From an uncultured Candidatus Saccharibacteria bacterium (GTDB lineage: Bacteria > Patescibacteriota > Minisyncoccia > UBA6257), in assembly GCA_964618625.1 (NCBI GenBank), contig CAZUBI010000001.1:65940-129939 (forward strand): a stretch of 64,000 nucleotides of DNA, written 5' to 3'. Below the pieces are notes generated by a model that saw only the letters and a list, made by a program, of their open reading frames with translations, did not search any database and was not told the DNA's origin. Shown here in pieces: positions 10,174-20,305 of the stretch (position 1 is its first letter; the number at the start of each line of letters is the position of its first letter). The position numbers were made by a program, and so were the translations under genes.

Positions 10174-10201
10174 ATTATAGCCATTTAAGATGGCTTGTCA
10201 A
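10174..10201 (-). promoter_or_regulatory. sigma70 promoter of xer gene
   Basis: TTGACA-N16-TATAAT. Confidence 0.65.
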
Positions 10202-10267
10202 GGGCACTCCCCCAATTACTGTATATAGTACTGGGTATTGAGTATGCAGTTAAATAAATATTAATGA

Positions 10268-10465
10268 CTAATGCACAAAAAACTTTAAAATTCTAACTAA
10301 TGCTTCTAATGCCAGAATAATAAATTGGATTATTGTTTTTAAAAACGCCCATAAATGTCCTAATATTCCAGATATAAAAACCTGATCTGTGAGATGGGTT
10401 ATTTCGTAAAAAACCTTAGTAAAAATCTGTGAAGCCTGCACAATTAATTGATCTATATTGTCCAT
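10268..10465 (-). CDS. small hypothetical membrane protein
   Basis: 65-aa ORF co-oriented with neighbours; hydrophobic. Confidence 0.6.
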   Translation of the reverse strand: MDNIDQLIVQASQIFTKVFYEITHLTDQVFISGILGHLWAFLKTIIQFIILALEALVRILKFFVH

Positions 10466-10500
10466 AATTTTAATGATTAACGATTAACAAAGTAGGTAAT

Positions 10501-10567
10501 AAGGTTTAAAATGTTGTTGAGAAAACTATAGCGTTTTGCGTGTGTTTGAAACAATATTCAGAACCTT
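10501..10567 (+). repeat. family A element, copy 2
   Basis: Core match; AAGGTTT/GAACCTT arms; 3 nt after gltX stop. Confidence 0.9.
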
Positions 10568-10570
10568 CTA

Positions 10571-12073
10571 TCATTTAGCACTATATATAGCTTGTTTCAC
10601 TCTCTCAACACTCCCCTTTTTTCCTAAAACTTCAGCAATTTCAAATGGGCCTGGTGAATCTTTTTTTCCAGACAAAGCAGCCCTTAAAGGCCAAAGTAGT
10701 TTACCTTTATTTCCTGTATAATTTGGATCTTCATCTATAAAATTATAAAATCTTATTTGCAGATTAACTCTATTGAATTCACTTTCTTTTATTTTTTCTA
10801 AGATGTTTAAAGAATCTTGCAATGATTTTGCTAGCTCTGTATCAGTCATATCTTTCCATTTTAAAAGTTCTTTTGAATATTCAATCTTCTTTTTGAAAAA
10901 GAAATCTGATAAATCTATTAAATCGCTTAATTTATTCATTCTTGGAGCCTCTATGTCAATAACTTTTTTTATATAATCAATATCATATTCTTTGATTATT
11001 TGTGGAGTAGATGAAAAATTTTTAATATAATCCACTACCCTATTCATTAATTCGTCTGAAGACATCTTTTTAAAATACTGAGCATTAAACCAATCTAATC
11101 TTTTTATATTAAAAATAGCGCCTCCTTTTTGAACACGTTCTAAATCAAATTTATCAATTAACTCTTCCAAATTTAATATTTCCTGATTCCCTATTGGGTG
11201 CCACCCTAAAAACGCTAAGAAATTAACCAAAGCCTCAGGTAAATAACCCATTTTTCTATACTCTGTTAAAGCCATAGCCCCATGTCTTTTACTTAATTTA
11301 GACCTATCAGGTCCTAAAATCATCGGTAAATGCGCATAATTGGGTCTAGGAAGGTCTAATGCCTCTTGAATGGTCATTTGCTTAGGTGTATTGGAAATAT
11401 GGTCTTCCCCACGAATTACGTGCGTTATTTTCATTAAATAATCGTCTATAACCACAGCAAAATTGTATAAAGGCTCTTTAAAGCTTTTAGCTATCACTAT
11501 ATCGCCTATTAAGCTCAAATCAAATTCTACTTCCCCACGAATAATATCTTCAAATTTAATTACCTTATTAGGCATTTTTATCCTTATAACAGCTGGCTTG
11601 CCTTCAGCTAAATAGGTTTTTGCTACGCTTTCTGATAAATCACGGCATTTACCTGAATACTTAGGTGAAACGCCGCGAGCAATCATTTCCTCTTTTTGCA
11701 CCTCAATTTCCTCTGAAGAACAAAAACAATAATAAGCTTTTTTTTCTTTTAATAATTGATGAAGGTATTTTTCATAAATTTCCAATCTTTCACTTTGGCG
11801 ATACGGACCAAGAAATCCGCCAATATCAGGGCCTTCATCCCATTCAATTCCTAAAGATTTTAATCCTTCAAGTATATTATTCTCATATTCTTTTTTTGAT
11901 CTCTCTTTATCAGTATCTTCTATTCTTAAAATAAATTTTCCGCCTGCTTTACGGGCAAATAAATAATTAAACAGAGCTGTTCGGGCATTTCCTATATGAA
12001 ACCAACCAGTGGGACTAGGAGCTAACCTGACCCTAGGCCCGAATAATGATTGTGGGGTTTTAGGATCATCCAT
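10571..12073 (-). CDS. gltX: glutamate--tRNA ligase
   Basis: RLAPSPTG.FHIG, KLSKR. Confidence 0.96.
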   Translation of the reverse strand: MDDPKTPQSLFGPRVRLAPSPTGWFHIGNARTALFNYLFARKAGGKFILRIEDTDKERSKKEYENNILEGLKSLGIEWDEGPDIGGFLGPYRQSERLEIYEKYLHQLLKEKKAYYCFCSSEEIEVQKEEMIARGVSPKYSGKCRDLSESVAKTYLAEGKPAVIRIKMPNKVIKFEDIIRGEVEFDLSLIGDIVIAKSFKEPLYNFAVVIDDYLMKITHVIRGEDHISNTPKQMTIQEALDLPRPNYAHLPMILGPDRSKLSKRHGAMALTEYRKMGYLPEALVNFLAFLGWHPIGNQEILNLEELIDKFDLERVQKGGAIFNIKRLDWFNAQYFKKMSSDELMNRVVDYIKNFSSTPQIIKEYDIDYIKKVIDIEAPRMNKLSDLIDLSDFFFKKKIEYSKELLKWKDMTDTELAKSLQDSLNILEKIKESEFNRVNLQIRFYNFIDEDPNYTGNKGKLLWPLRAALSGKKDSPGPFEIAEVLGKKGSVERVKQAIYSAK

Positions 12074-12118
12074 AAATGCGTTTTTATACAGTATACAATA
12101 TACAGTATACTCTATACC

Positions 12119-13318
12119 TTATATATTTTGAAGTAGATGTTGCGCTATATTGTACGCTGCCTTTGGTTTAGAAAACTCAAGGGCTGCTTGGCTCATTTTT
12201 TCACTCTTTTTTTTATCAGAAACAATCTGAAGAATTAAACCTGAGAATACATTCGGTTTTAAATTTCCTTCTTCAACAACAATAGCTGCCCCATTTTTAG
12301 CATACTCATAGGCATTTTTCTTTTGATGGCCACGACTCGCCCATGGTAAGGGTATAAGAATTGAGGGTTTTCCACTTGCGGCAATTTCAAAAATTAAGCC
12401 ACTTCCAGCGCGAGCTATAATTAAATCACTAGCAGTAAATACTTCTTTTAAGGAAGAAATGCTTGGTATTGTTGTTTCTTCAAAAAATGGCAAAAAATGA
12501 TAATATTTTTGTTGCTCCTTATCCCCTATGATTTCCTGAAAAACAATATCAGTTTCTCTTGCTACCTCTTTATAATTTGTTTTGCCTGTTTGATGAATTA
12601 TTTCTACATTTTTAATAATTTTCGGAAGAATATCTAAAATAAAATCATTAATATGGCGAGAACCTTGCGATCCGCCAATTATTGTTACAACCGGCTTTTC
12701 TATGTCTAATTTTAATAATCTTTTAGTATTTTCTTTATCCAATGTTTCATCAAACAAATCTAATCGTATAGGATTTCCTGTTAACAATGTTTTTCTTGGC
12801 GAAAAATATCTTTTTGTGTAATCAAAAGATATAAAAACTTTTTGGCAAAATCTTCCTATAACATGATTAACTAAACCAGGAACAGCATCACTTTCATGTG
12901 TATAAGTAGGAATAAAGAAAAGAATTCCCCAAAAGACTACTGGGAAAGAACCATATCCCCCCTTAGAAAAAATAACATCAGGCATTAAAATATAAACATA
13001 ATAAAGAGATTGGAAAATACCTCCTATGGTTTTAAAAAATCCAAAAATACTTTCAATAAGATTAAATGAGCCCATGAATTTTCCGGTTGTAATTGTTCTT
13101 ATCTTTATCCCCTGCTCTTTTGAAATGTATGGAATAGTAAAATCATTAGGTCCTATATATATAATTTCTAAAGAAACTTTTTGCGTCTCAGCTACTTTCT
13201 TAAGTTCTCTATAAACAGCAATCAAAGGAAAGGTATGCCCGCCAGAGCCACCGCCAGTAAATACTATGCGTACGGTTTTATCAAAATAAAATCTAGGTTT
13301 TAAAAATGAAAGATCCAT
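12119..13318 (-). CDS. murG: MurG GlcNAc transferase
   Basis: TGGGSGGH, GGYGS, GNPIR, GGSQG, HQKKNA. Confidence 0.95.
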   Translation of the reverse strand: MDLSFLKPRFYFDKTVRIVFTGGGSGGHTFPLIAVYRELKKVAETQKVSLEIIYIGPNDFTIPYISKEQGIKIRTITTGKFMGSFNLIESIFGFFKTIGGIFQSLYYVYILMPDVIFSKGGYGSFPVVFWGILFFIPTYTHESDAVPGLVNHVIGRFCQKVFISFDYTKRYFSPRKTLLTGNPIRLDLFDETLDKENTKRLLKLDIEKPVVTIIGGSQGSRHINDFILDILPKIIKNVEIIHQTGKTNYKEVARETDIVFQEIIGDKEQQKYYHFLPFFEETTIPSISSLKEVFTASDLIIARAGSGLIFEIAASGKPSILIPLPWASRGHQKKNAYEYAKNGAAIVVEEGNLKPNVFSGLILQIVSDKKKSEKMSQAALEFSKPKAAYNIAQHLLQNI

Positions 13319-13352
13319 AGTTTACAATTATTAAATTGTTAATTGTTAGTTG

Positions 13353-14453
13353 TTATGTTTGTTTTGCTATATTGCTTAAAATTCCAATGCTTATCAAAGT
13401 TGCTACCATAGAAGAACCACCATAACTTATAAACGGCAAAGGAATACCTGTCATAGGAACCAACTGGCACATAGCCGCAATATTAATGAATGCCTGAAAA
13501 CCAATATTGCAAGTTAAACCTATTGCCAAAAATTTTCCTAAGCTATCTGGCGCTCTTTTGGCTATTTTCAACCCGATTGATATAAGGAAAATAAAAAGAA
13601 TAATTATTATTAAAGATCCCAAAAAACCAAATTCCTCGGCAATTATAGAAAAAATAGCATCGGTATGGCTCTCTGGTAAATAATTAAATTTTTGTATTGA
13701 TCTTCCAAACCCTATACCAAGTAATCCTCCAGAACCAATACCAATTAAAGATTGAATAATATGATAACCTTTACCTAATGGGTCACTTCCTGGCGACAAG
13801 AATGATAAGATTCTCTCAAAACGGTAAGAAGTTCTTTTAATTATAAAGGCCAGTCCCAAAATACCTACTAATCCTAAAGACAAAAATTGAGTTACGCTCA
13901 TGCCTGCAACAATATAGACCATTACACTGGATAAAGCTAAAACAATTAAAGTCCCTGTGGCTGGTTGCTTTATAATAATAGCACCAATAATGGCTAAAGA
14001 ACATACAAAAACAATAAAAGGCGTAATATGCATTTTCCGCCTTTTATCTAATGAAAAACGACTTAATAAACTGGCAAGAAAAAGAATGTAGGTTAGTTTT
14101 ATAAATTCAGAGGGTTGAAAATTTATAAAAGCGATCCTTAACCACCTATTGGCTGGCGAACCTATTGGTTGAAGTGCCGGAATAAAGCATAGAAGCAGCA
14201 AAAAGATATTAAAGATTAATAGAATTAAGGATAATTTTGCTAAAGAGTGATAATTTATTTTTGAAACAATCCAAGCAAGAATTAATCCTAAAAATATTCC
14301 AAGAAATAATTGTCTTTTAACAAAATGATAAACATCACCGTGTTCCTGTTCTCCGATTACAGCAGAAGCACTTATTAAGGCAATCAAACCTAACGCCAAA
14401 AGAAGTACGCTAAAAGTAACGAGCAAACGATTAAGTTTATTTGGTTTAATCAT
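13353..14453 (-). CDS. ftsW: SEDS cell-division protein FtsW
   Basis: FQPSEFIK, LPESHTD, TGIPLPFISYGGSS. Confidence 0.93.
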   Translation of the reverse strand: MIKPNKLNRLLVTFSVLLLALGLIALISASAVIGEQEHGDVYHFVKRQLFLGIFLGLILAWIVSKINYHSLAKLSLILLIFNIFLLLLCFIPALQPIGSPANRWLRIAFINFQPSEFIKLTYILFLASLLSRFSLDKRRKMHITPFIVFVCSLAIIGAIIIKQPATGTLIVLALSSVMVYIVAGMSVTQFLSLGLVGILGLAFIIKRTSYRFERILSFLSPGSDPLGKGYHIIQSLIGIGSGGLLGIGFGRSIQKFNYLPESHTDAIFSIIAEEFGFLGSLIIIILFIFLISIGLKIAKRAPDSLGKFLAIGLTCNIGFQAFINIAAMCQLVPMTGIPLPFISYGGSSMVATLISIGILSNIAKQT

Positions 14454-14570
14454 CTATTTTTTTAAGTATTCTTCTATTTTTTATCACTCCTCTATTGTAT
14501 AATATTTTCTTTTTAAGCTCAAATCATATATAATCTTAATGATACAAATATATTAATATGTACGAATTAT

Positions 14571-15890
14571 ATGAATAGAATTCTAACAATTCTGTCAGTA
14601 ATCCTAGTTTTAGGAATCGGAATATTTTTTGGTTCTCGTTTTTTCCAAAGATATTTAGAGTCCCAAGGAATTTTAGAGGCCCGAGTTCATCCTGCTGAAG
14701 CTACTTTAAAAATTAATAATAAAATTTATCAGAATAAACAAGGCATTTTTAAGATTAGATTACACCCTGGAGAACATTCTGTCTCCTTTTCATGTCCAGA
14801 TTATTCATTTTTGGAAGATAAAGTAAAAATTGAAAGTAATAAAACAACTAATCTTAATCATATTTATCTATTCCCTAATAGTTGGCCTAAAGAAAGAATT
14901 ATAACAAATGAAAAAATCGAACATTTCTATTTGAGCCCGGATTCTAATCGCATTCTTTTCATAAAAAAATCTTCTAATTATGATTGGTATATTTTTGATA
15001 GAAGCACAAAACAAAAAGAATACTTTCATAAAACCGCTTCTTTGCCATATGATATTGTTTTTTCTCCAAAAAAGATTCTAATTCATTCAGAAAAAAATAA
15101 TTGGGAAATTGTATTTTTACCAAAAAGCCTTATTAAAAATGGCATCTCTTTAAACACTCCATTTAAGGAAGCGCTGGATCAAGCGGAATTAAAAGAAAAA
15201 CAAACCTCTCTGACTATAAACCAAGCTATTTTCTACCTAAAAAATGATGGCGACATAATCGTTAAAACTACTGATGCAATTTATCTTTTTAATTTTCTTA
15301 CAGAATCTATAGAAAAAATATATGAAGGCAAAAGCTCCACTTTTATATTTGAGAACTATTATATCTATTTTATAAAAGAAAATGGGGTCTTTGCTAAAAT
15401 TTCTTTGGAGACAAAAAAAGAAATGGAAACATCTCTGTATAGTTTTTCTCTTGAAGATTTAGAGAAAGCTAAAATTAGAAAAGAAAAAAGTGAAAACAAC
15501 TTTTTAATTATTGAAGGATCAAAAAAAGCTTATTATTTAAAAGAATTTGAAAATTTACCAAAATTAATTGGTGAAAATGTTATTGATGGCATTTTTTCTT
15601 TAAACAAAAAAGAAATATTATTATATTCAAAGGATAAAATTGAAATTTATAATCCAGAAAGCGAAATTAAGTATTCTAAAAAACTTTATTCTGATATTCC
15701 AGTCACTTGGTTTCTTAATAACAACTATGTTTTATCCTTAAAAGATAACTTGCTTAATATTTATTCGCTCAAAAATAATAAAACCTGGCCTATTGCCAGT
15801 AATATAAAAAATAATAACTTTTTCTACGACCCTTCAATAAATTATATCTTTTATCTTTCCGATTCAGGTATAATAAAAGTATCTCTGTAA
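14571..15890 (+). CDS. PEGA-like domain membrane-anchored protein
   Basis: N-terminal TM followed by PEGA-like beta domain and a propeller-like region. Confidence 0.6.
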   Translation: MNRILTILSVILVLGIGIFFGSRFFQRYLESQGILEARVHPAEATLKINNKIYQNKQGIFKIRLHPGEHSVSFSCPDYSFLEDKVKIESNKTTNLNHIYLFPNSWPKERIITNEKIEHFYLSPDSNRILFIKKSSNYDWYIFDRSTKQKEYFHKTASLPYDIVFSPKKILIHSEKNNWEIVFLPKSLIKNGISLNTPFKEALDQAELKEKQTSLTINQAIFYLKNDGDIIVKTTDAIYLFNFLTESIEKIYEGKSSTFIFENYYIYFIKENGVFAKISLETKKEMETSLYSFSLEDLEKAKIRKEKSENNFLIIEGSKKAYYLKEFENLPKLIGENVIDGIFSLNKKEILLYSKDKIEIYNPESEIKYSKKLYSDIPVTWFLNNNYVLSLKDNLLNIYSLKNNKTWPIASNIKNNNFFYDPSINYIFYLSDSGIIKVSL

Positions 15891-15892
15891 AT

Positions 15893-17146
15893 TTATTCGT
15901 ATCTTAAAGCATCAATTGGGCTTAATTTTGCTGCTTTGCGAGCAGGATAAATTCCAAAAATAAGGCCTATACTTGTAGCCACTCCAAACGCCAATATTAT
16001 AGAACTTAAAGAAAGAACAAAGTCCCACTTTATACCTAAAGCCATAGTTAAAGCAATGCTTATAAGATAAGAAAAAATAGCTCCTAATAAAATTCCTAAT
16101 ATTCCACCTAAAACAGTAAGAACCACTGCTTCAATTAAAAATTGATAAAGAATATCTTTTTTACGAGCGCCAACTGCTTTTCTTAAACCAATTTCCCTCG
16201 TTCTTTCGACCACTGAAACTAACATAATATTCATAATTCCAACTCCACCAACCACTAAAGCAATAGCGGCTACAGAAGATAAAAGTAATGTAAGGATGCT
16301 TGTAACTGTATTCATAATCGCGGCAGTTTCTTTTCCGCTCACCACCTTAAAATCATCTTTCGATAAATCTCCTTCTGGATTATATATATTATGCCTCTCC
16401 CTTAACATTAAACGAATACCTTCTACAGCTTCATCAATCTTATCCTGATTAACTATTTTAACTACAGAAGACTGCACGTGATTAATGCCTAATAAGAATT
16501 TTTGAGCACTAGAAATTGGAATATATATATATTCGTCAAGGTTTTGAAACATCTGCGTTCCTTGTTCCTCCATAACACCAATTACTCTAAAATTGGTTTT
16601 TTTAATTCTAATAATCTTGCCTATAGGATTTTCATCTTCAAACAAATCTTCCTTTATTTTATATCCTAAAACAACCACCTTTGACATACTCTGAACATCA
16701 AAATCAGTAAAATTAGATCCTAATATAGTTTGGACATCAGTTATTTTATTATATGCTGGAGTAGTGCCATAAAAGGTAATCTTTTCATCATTATTTTTAT
16801 AAATTACCCTACTCACACTAACAACTATTGGAGCAACCATTTCTACTAATGAATCTTTTTCAATTGCTTCCATGTCTTCAATGGTTAGTGTTTTAATTTC
16901 CATTCCCTCCATCATTTGTTGCGTCATATCACCTCCGCCTGCAAAGGCACCTGGTTCAACAAAAACATTATTAGCCCCCATTGACATAATCTGTCCTAAA
17001 ATTAAATTCTGAGCTCCATCGCCTAATGACATCATTAAAATAACTGATGCTATACCAATCACAATTCCCAAGATAGTTAAAAAAGAACGCGTTTTATTCG
17101 TTTTTAATCCTATTATTGCGGTTTTGAAAGAATTACTAAATTTCAT
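15893..17146 (-). CDS. MacB/FtsX-family ABC permease
   Basis: RSFLTILGIVIG; ERTREIGLRKAVGA; PARKAAKLSPIDALRYE. Confidence 0.94.
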   Translation of the reverse strand: MKFSNSFKTAIIGLKTNKTRSFLTILGIVIGIASVILMMSLGDGAQNLILGQIMSMGANNVFVEPGAFAGGGDMTQQMMEGMEIKTLTIEDMEAIEKDSLVEMVAPIVVSVSRVIYKNNDEKITFYGTTPAYNKITDVQTILGSNFTDFDVQSMSKVVVLGYKIKEDLFEDENPIGKIIRIKKTNFRVIGVMEEQGTQMFQNLDEYIYIPISSAQKFLLGINHVQSSVVKIVNQDKIDEAVEGIRLMLRERHNIYNPEGDLSKDDFKVVSGKETAAIMNTVTSILTLLLSSVAAIALVVGGVGIMNIMLVSVVERTREIGLRKAVGARKKDILYQFLIEAVVLTVLGGILGILLGAIFSYLISIALTMALGIKWDFVLSLSSIILAFGVATSIGLIFGIYPARKAAKLSPIDALRYE

Positions 17147-17150
17147 AATT

Positions 17151-17206
17151 TTATTTCGAATGAAATGAGAAACAAGGTTCTGTGAGCAAAGCGAGCAGGT
17201 TCTTAT
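17151..17206 (+). repeat. family D element, intergenic copy (52 bp)
   Basis: TTAT direct repeats; homologous to the priA insert. Confidence 0.8.
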
Positions 17207-17913
17207 TTAATCAAGCCATCTTTAGCATAATGTCTTGAATTTACCAATTCGTCACTAATTACCTTTCCGTCTTTTAATGAAATAATCCTTTTTGCCATTT
17301 CAGCTGTATATTTTTCATGAGTAACTAAAATTATAGTATGGCCCTGATTATTAAGTTTTTCAAAAATATCCATTATTTGCTGGCCCGATTTACTATCTAA
17401 ATTACCCGTTGGCTCATCTGCAAAAATTACAGATGGATGATTAACTATTGCTCGAGCAATTGCTGTTTTTTGCTGTTCTCCACCAGAAAGCTGATTTGGA
17501 AAATGAGAAGCCCTATGCAAAATACCAACTGCTTCAAGGGCCTGTTTTGTCATCTCATATTCTTTTTGTTTAGAAAAACCAGTATAAATTAAAGGCAATC
17601 TCACATTATCAAAAACTGTAGTTCTGGATAAAAGATTATAGGATTGAAAAACAAAACCCATTCTTTTGTTTCTAATTCTTGCTAATTCATCATCATTAAA
17701 ATTATCCATACTTTTTCCTTCAAATTTACAGATTCCTGAACTTGGTCTATCTAAAAAACACATAATGTGCATTAAAGTTGACTTTCCAGAACCAGAAGGC
17801 CCCATAATAGAAACAAATTCTCCTTGCGCAATCTTAAAAGAAACCCCTTGTAGAGCTGGGGTTTCAACAGAATCATTGCGATAAATCTTTTTAAGATTTT
17901 CAACTTTGATCAT
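17203..17913 (-). CDS. ABC transporter ATP-binding protein (LolD/MacB type)
   Basis: GPSGSGKST, LSGGE, DEPTGNLD. Confidence 0.95.
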   Translation of the reverse strand: MIKVENLKKIYRNDSVETPALQGVSFKIAQGEFVSIMGPSGSGKSTLMHIMCFLDRPSSGICKFEGKSMDNFNDDELARIRNKRMGFVFQSYNLLSRTTVFDNVRLPLIYTGFSKQKEYEMTKQALEAVGILHRASHFPNQLSGGEQQKTAIARAIVNHPSVIFADEPTGNLDSKSGQQIMDIFEKLNNQGHTIILVTHEKYTAEMAKRIISLKDGKVISDELVNSRHYAKDGLIK

Positions 17914-17920
17914 AAAATTA

Positions 17921-19492
17921 TTATTTTTTGATAAAAGTAATCACTCTATCACCTTGTTTTAGTCCAGATATGATTTCAATATTTCCATCAGAACCTACTA
18001 AACCAGTTTCAACTTCAATTTCTTGAAAATCTCCGTCAACAGGAATTCTTACTATATTCTTTCCATCTTTTTCTATCACAGCTCTCCTTGGAATAATTAA
18101 AACATCTTCTCTTAAATCAGTAATAATGACAATATCTGCAGTCATCCCTGGCCTAATATTAATATCATCTGTATCAATAGTACATTTTCCTTTATAATAA
18201 ACGACACCATCAATTATACTTTCGGCAAAATCAAGCATTGCTACTTGTCCTGAAAATTCTTTTTGAGAATAAGCATCTAAAGTTATTAAGGCTGTATCTC
18301 CAATTTTAACTTTAGAAATATCAACTTCTGGAATATATACTTCAATCTCTAATCCTTTTTCTGCCATAATACTAATAACAGAAACATTAGCCAATACTAC
18401 TTCTCCTTTTTTGATTTCTTTTTTTGTAACCAAACCATCAATTGGGGCCCGAATAATGGTTTTTTCAATTAGCGCATAATAATTAGCTATATCGGCTTCA
18501 GCATATTTTACTTTTGCTTCTTGCGCAATAATCTGTTCTTCAGTAGAACCAGCTAATAAAAGATCAAGTTCATTTTGTGTCTTTTTAACTAATAAATTTT
18601 GAGAGGCAATATTTTGTTCTAAATTATTAATATTACTTATCGCGGTAATTACAAGATTTCTACCATCATTTGTATTTGTCCTATGAATATCAAGATTAGA
18701 ATTACTATAAGAACAATCTGCTAATAAAACGTTATTTAATTTTCCAAAAAAATCTTTAAAAAAAGCCAGATATCCTTTTGCATTATTCATAACTAGATTT
18801 AATTCTTCCTGAGAAGAGTTAAAGCCAAGTGTACTTAATTCATCTTTCCATTGCTTAAGTTTTCTTTCAGATATTAAACGTGAATATCCAGCATCTGAAG
18901 ATATTGAAGAAGACACACAAGGATCAAAACTTAATACATAACTATTTGCCGCTTCTGCTCCTAAAAAAATATCTTTAATATCTATTTTTATAGCTTCTTC
19001 GGATTTAGCATAAGAATCATCTAAAGTATCTAAAATATCTAGATAATAATTATCCAAGTCTTGCTGAGCCTTGAAAAGCTCTGTCTGTTTAATATCAATT
19101 GTTTCTAATCGAGTCCCTCTTTTTAATTCATCTAATTCAGCTTTTTCAACCTCTAAATTAGCTTTGGACTGTCTCAATTGGGCCCATAAATCATTGTTTT
19201 CTAAACTAGCCAAAACTTCACCATTTTTAACCTTATCCCCTGTTTCAACTAAAACTTGCGATACATTCCCTGTGGCTCTAAAAGATAAATCTATGCTTTC
19301 AGCAGCTTTTACTGTACCTGTTACTGAAACTTCCTCTCTTATAGATCCTCTCTCAGCTATTGCCAGATTATATTCTGATTCTTTGTTGTTTCTAAAAAAG
19401 AACAAACAAATAACCAATAAAATAACAGCGCCAATAATAACAATAACCCGTCTTTTAATAAGTTCTTTGTATATGTTTTTAAGAATATCCAT
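17921..19492 (-). CDS. efflux periplasmic adaptor (MacA/HlyD family)
   Basis: TM, lipoyl-like halves, coiled coil, RPGMTA. Confidence 0.9.
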   Translation of the reverse strand: MDILKNIYKELIKRRVIVIIGAVILLVICLFFFRNNKESEYNLAIAERGSIREEVSVTGTVKAAESIDLSFRATGNVSQVLVETGDKVKNGEVLASLENNDLWAQLRQSKANLEVEKAELDELKRGTRLETIDIKQTELFKAQQDLDNYYLDILDTLDDSYAKSEEAIKIDIKDIFLGAEAANSYVLSFDPCVSSSISSDAGYSRLISERKLKQWKDELSTLGFNSSQEELNLVMNNAKGYLAFFKDFFGKLNNVLLADCSYSNSNLDIHRTNTNDGRNLVITAISNINNLEQNIASQNLLVKKTQNELDLLLAGSTEEQIIAQEAKVKYAEADIANYYALIEKTIIRAPIDGLVTKKEIKKGEVVLANVSVISIMAEKGLEIEVYIPEVDISKVKIGDTALITLDAYSQKEFSGQVAMLDFAESIIDGVVYYKGKCTIDTDDINIRPGMTADIVIITDLREDVLIIPRRAVIEKDGKNIVRIPVDGDFQEIEVETGLVGSDGNIEIISGLKQGDRVITFIKK

Positions 19493-19542
19493 AAGTATTT
19501 TTGTTCTAAAATTATATCACAAAAAAGCAAATATAGCAATTT

Positions 19543-19590
19543 AAAAACCGCTTGTTTAGTTACACTCATGTAACCTTCCAAGCGGTTTTG
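19543..19590. terminator. intrinsic terminator
   Basis: AAAAACCGCTTG...CAAGCGGTTTT with inner GTTACA/TGTAAC. Confidence 0.7.
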
Positions 19591-19595
19591 TTGTT

Positions 19596-19679
19596 TTATT
19601 TGATCCAAAGAGATAAAAAATACACTCCGATTATTATTATAAACCATGGAAGAAATTCGGAAAATTGAGTTACTATCAT
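19596..19679 (-). CDS. 27-aa single-TM microprotein
   Basis: MIVTQFSEFLPWFIIIIGVYFLSLWIK; SD AGGAGG; TAATG coupling. Confidence 0.55.
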   Translation of the reverse strand: MIVTQFSEFLPWFIIIIGVYFLSLWIK

Positions 19680-19780
19680 TATGTTTTTCGCCTCCTATTC
19701 TGTATATCTTTTATCTTATCATAAATTAAAATTGATACTAAAAATACAATTATAATCGTGGAAATAATCCATCCAACCAT
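19679..19780 (-). CDS. 33-aa single-TM microprotein
   Basis: MVGWIISTIIIVFLVSILIYDKIKDIQNRRRKT; SD AAAGGAG. Confidence 0.6.
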   Translation of the reverse strand: MVGWIISTIIIVFLVSILIYDKIKDIQNRRRKT

Positions 19781-19816
19781 CTTTTTATCTCCTTTATAAA
19801 ATCACGTTGCCTAAAA

Positions 19817-20052
19817 TCAAATTTCATTCATGTCGTATAAGTTCCCATTCGGATCAATTGCCATTTCGATTCCTTCAGGGGAGAGAAGAATCACAAAAGC
19901 AGTGCCATTTACTTTTTTTATTTTATTAAATCCTTCCAAAAATTCTCCTATTTTTTTACTTTTTCCTCTTCTTACAAAGGAGAAAAATTTTTAGAAATGA
20001 ATTTCCCTACTGCTTTTGTAATTTTTTTAACGTTCTTTTCAAAATTTCTCAT
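19817..20052 (-). pseudogene. small gene interrupted by a -1 frameshift (or programmed frameshift)
   Basis: SD AAGGAGG; frame 0 stops at 19972; -1 frame open to 19817. Confidence 0.45.
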
Positions 20053-20165
20053 TAAAATTCCCTCCTTCTCTTTATCTCTTTCCAAATAAAAAATGTAACA
20101 ATAGCCGAAGCCAAAACCCAAGAAATAAATCTAATCAGCGGTTGTTCAAACAGTTGTTCAAACAT
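20052..20165 (-). CDS. 37-aa single-TM microprotein
   Basis: MFEQLFEQPLIRFISWVLASAIVTFFIWKEIKRRREF; SD AGGAGGAGG. Confidence 0.6.
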   Translation of the reverse strand: MFEQLFEQPLIRFISWVLASAIVTFFIWKEIKRRREF

Positions 20166-20305
20166 TCTTTTACCTCCTCCTATCTTTTCTATTTTTTTAT
20201 TCTATTTTCAAAAGTAGTAATTAATACTACAATACAAATTTAAAATACTCTATATTACGAGCATCTTTAGTGTGCCATATTCTATTATAATAGTCAATAA
20301 ATAAT

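Noticed and set aside
10501-10567. Family A as ordinary intrinsic terminators
   Set aside because: No consistent U-tract, located inside operons, long conserved loop, and wobbles favour the antisense strand.
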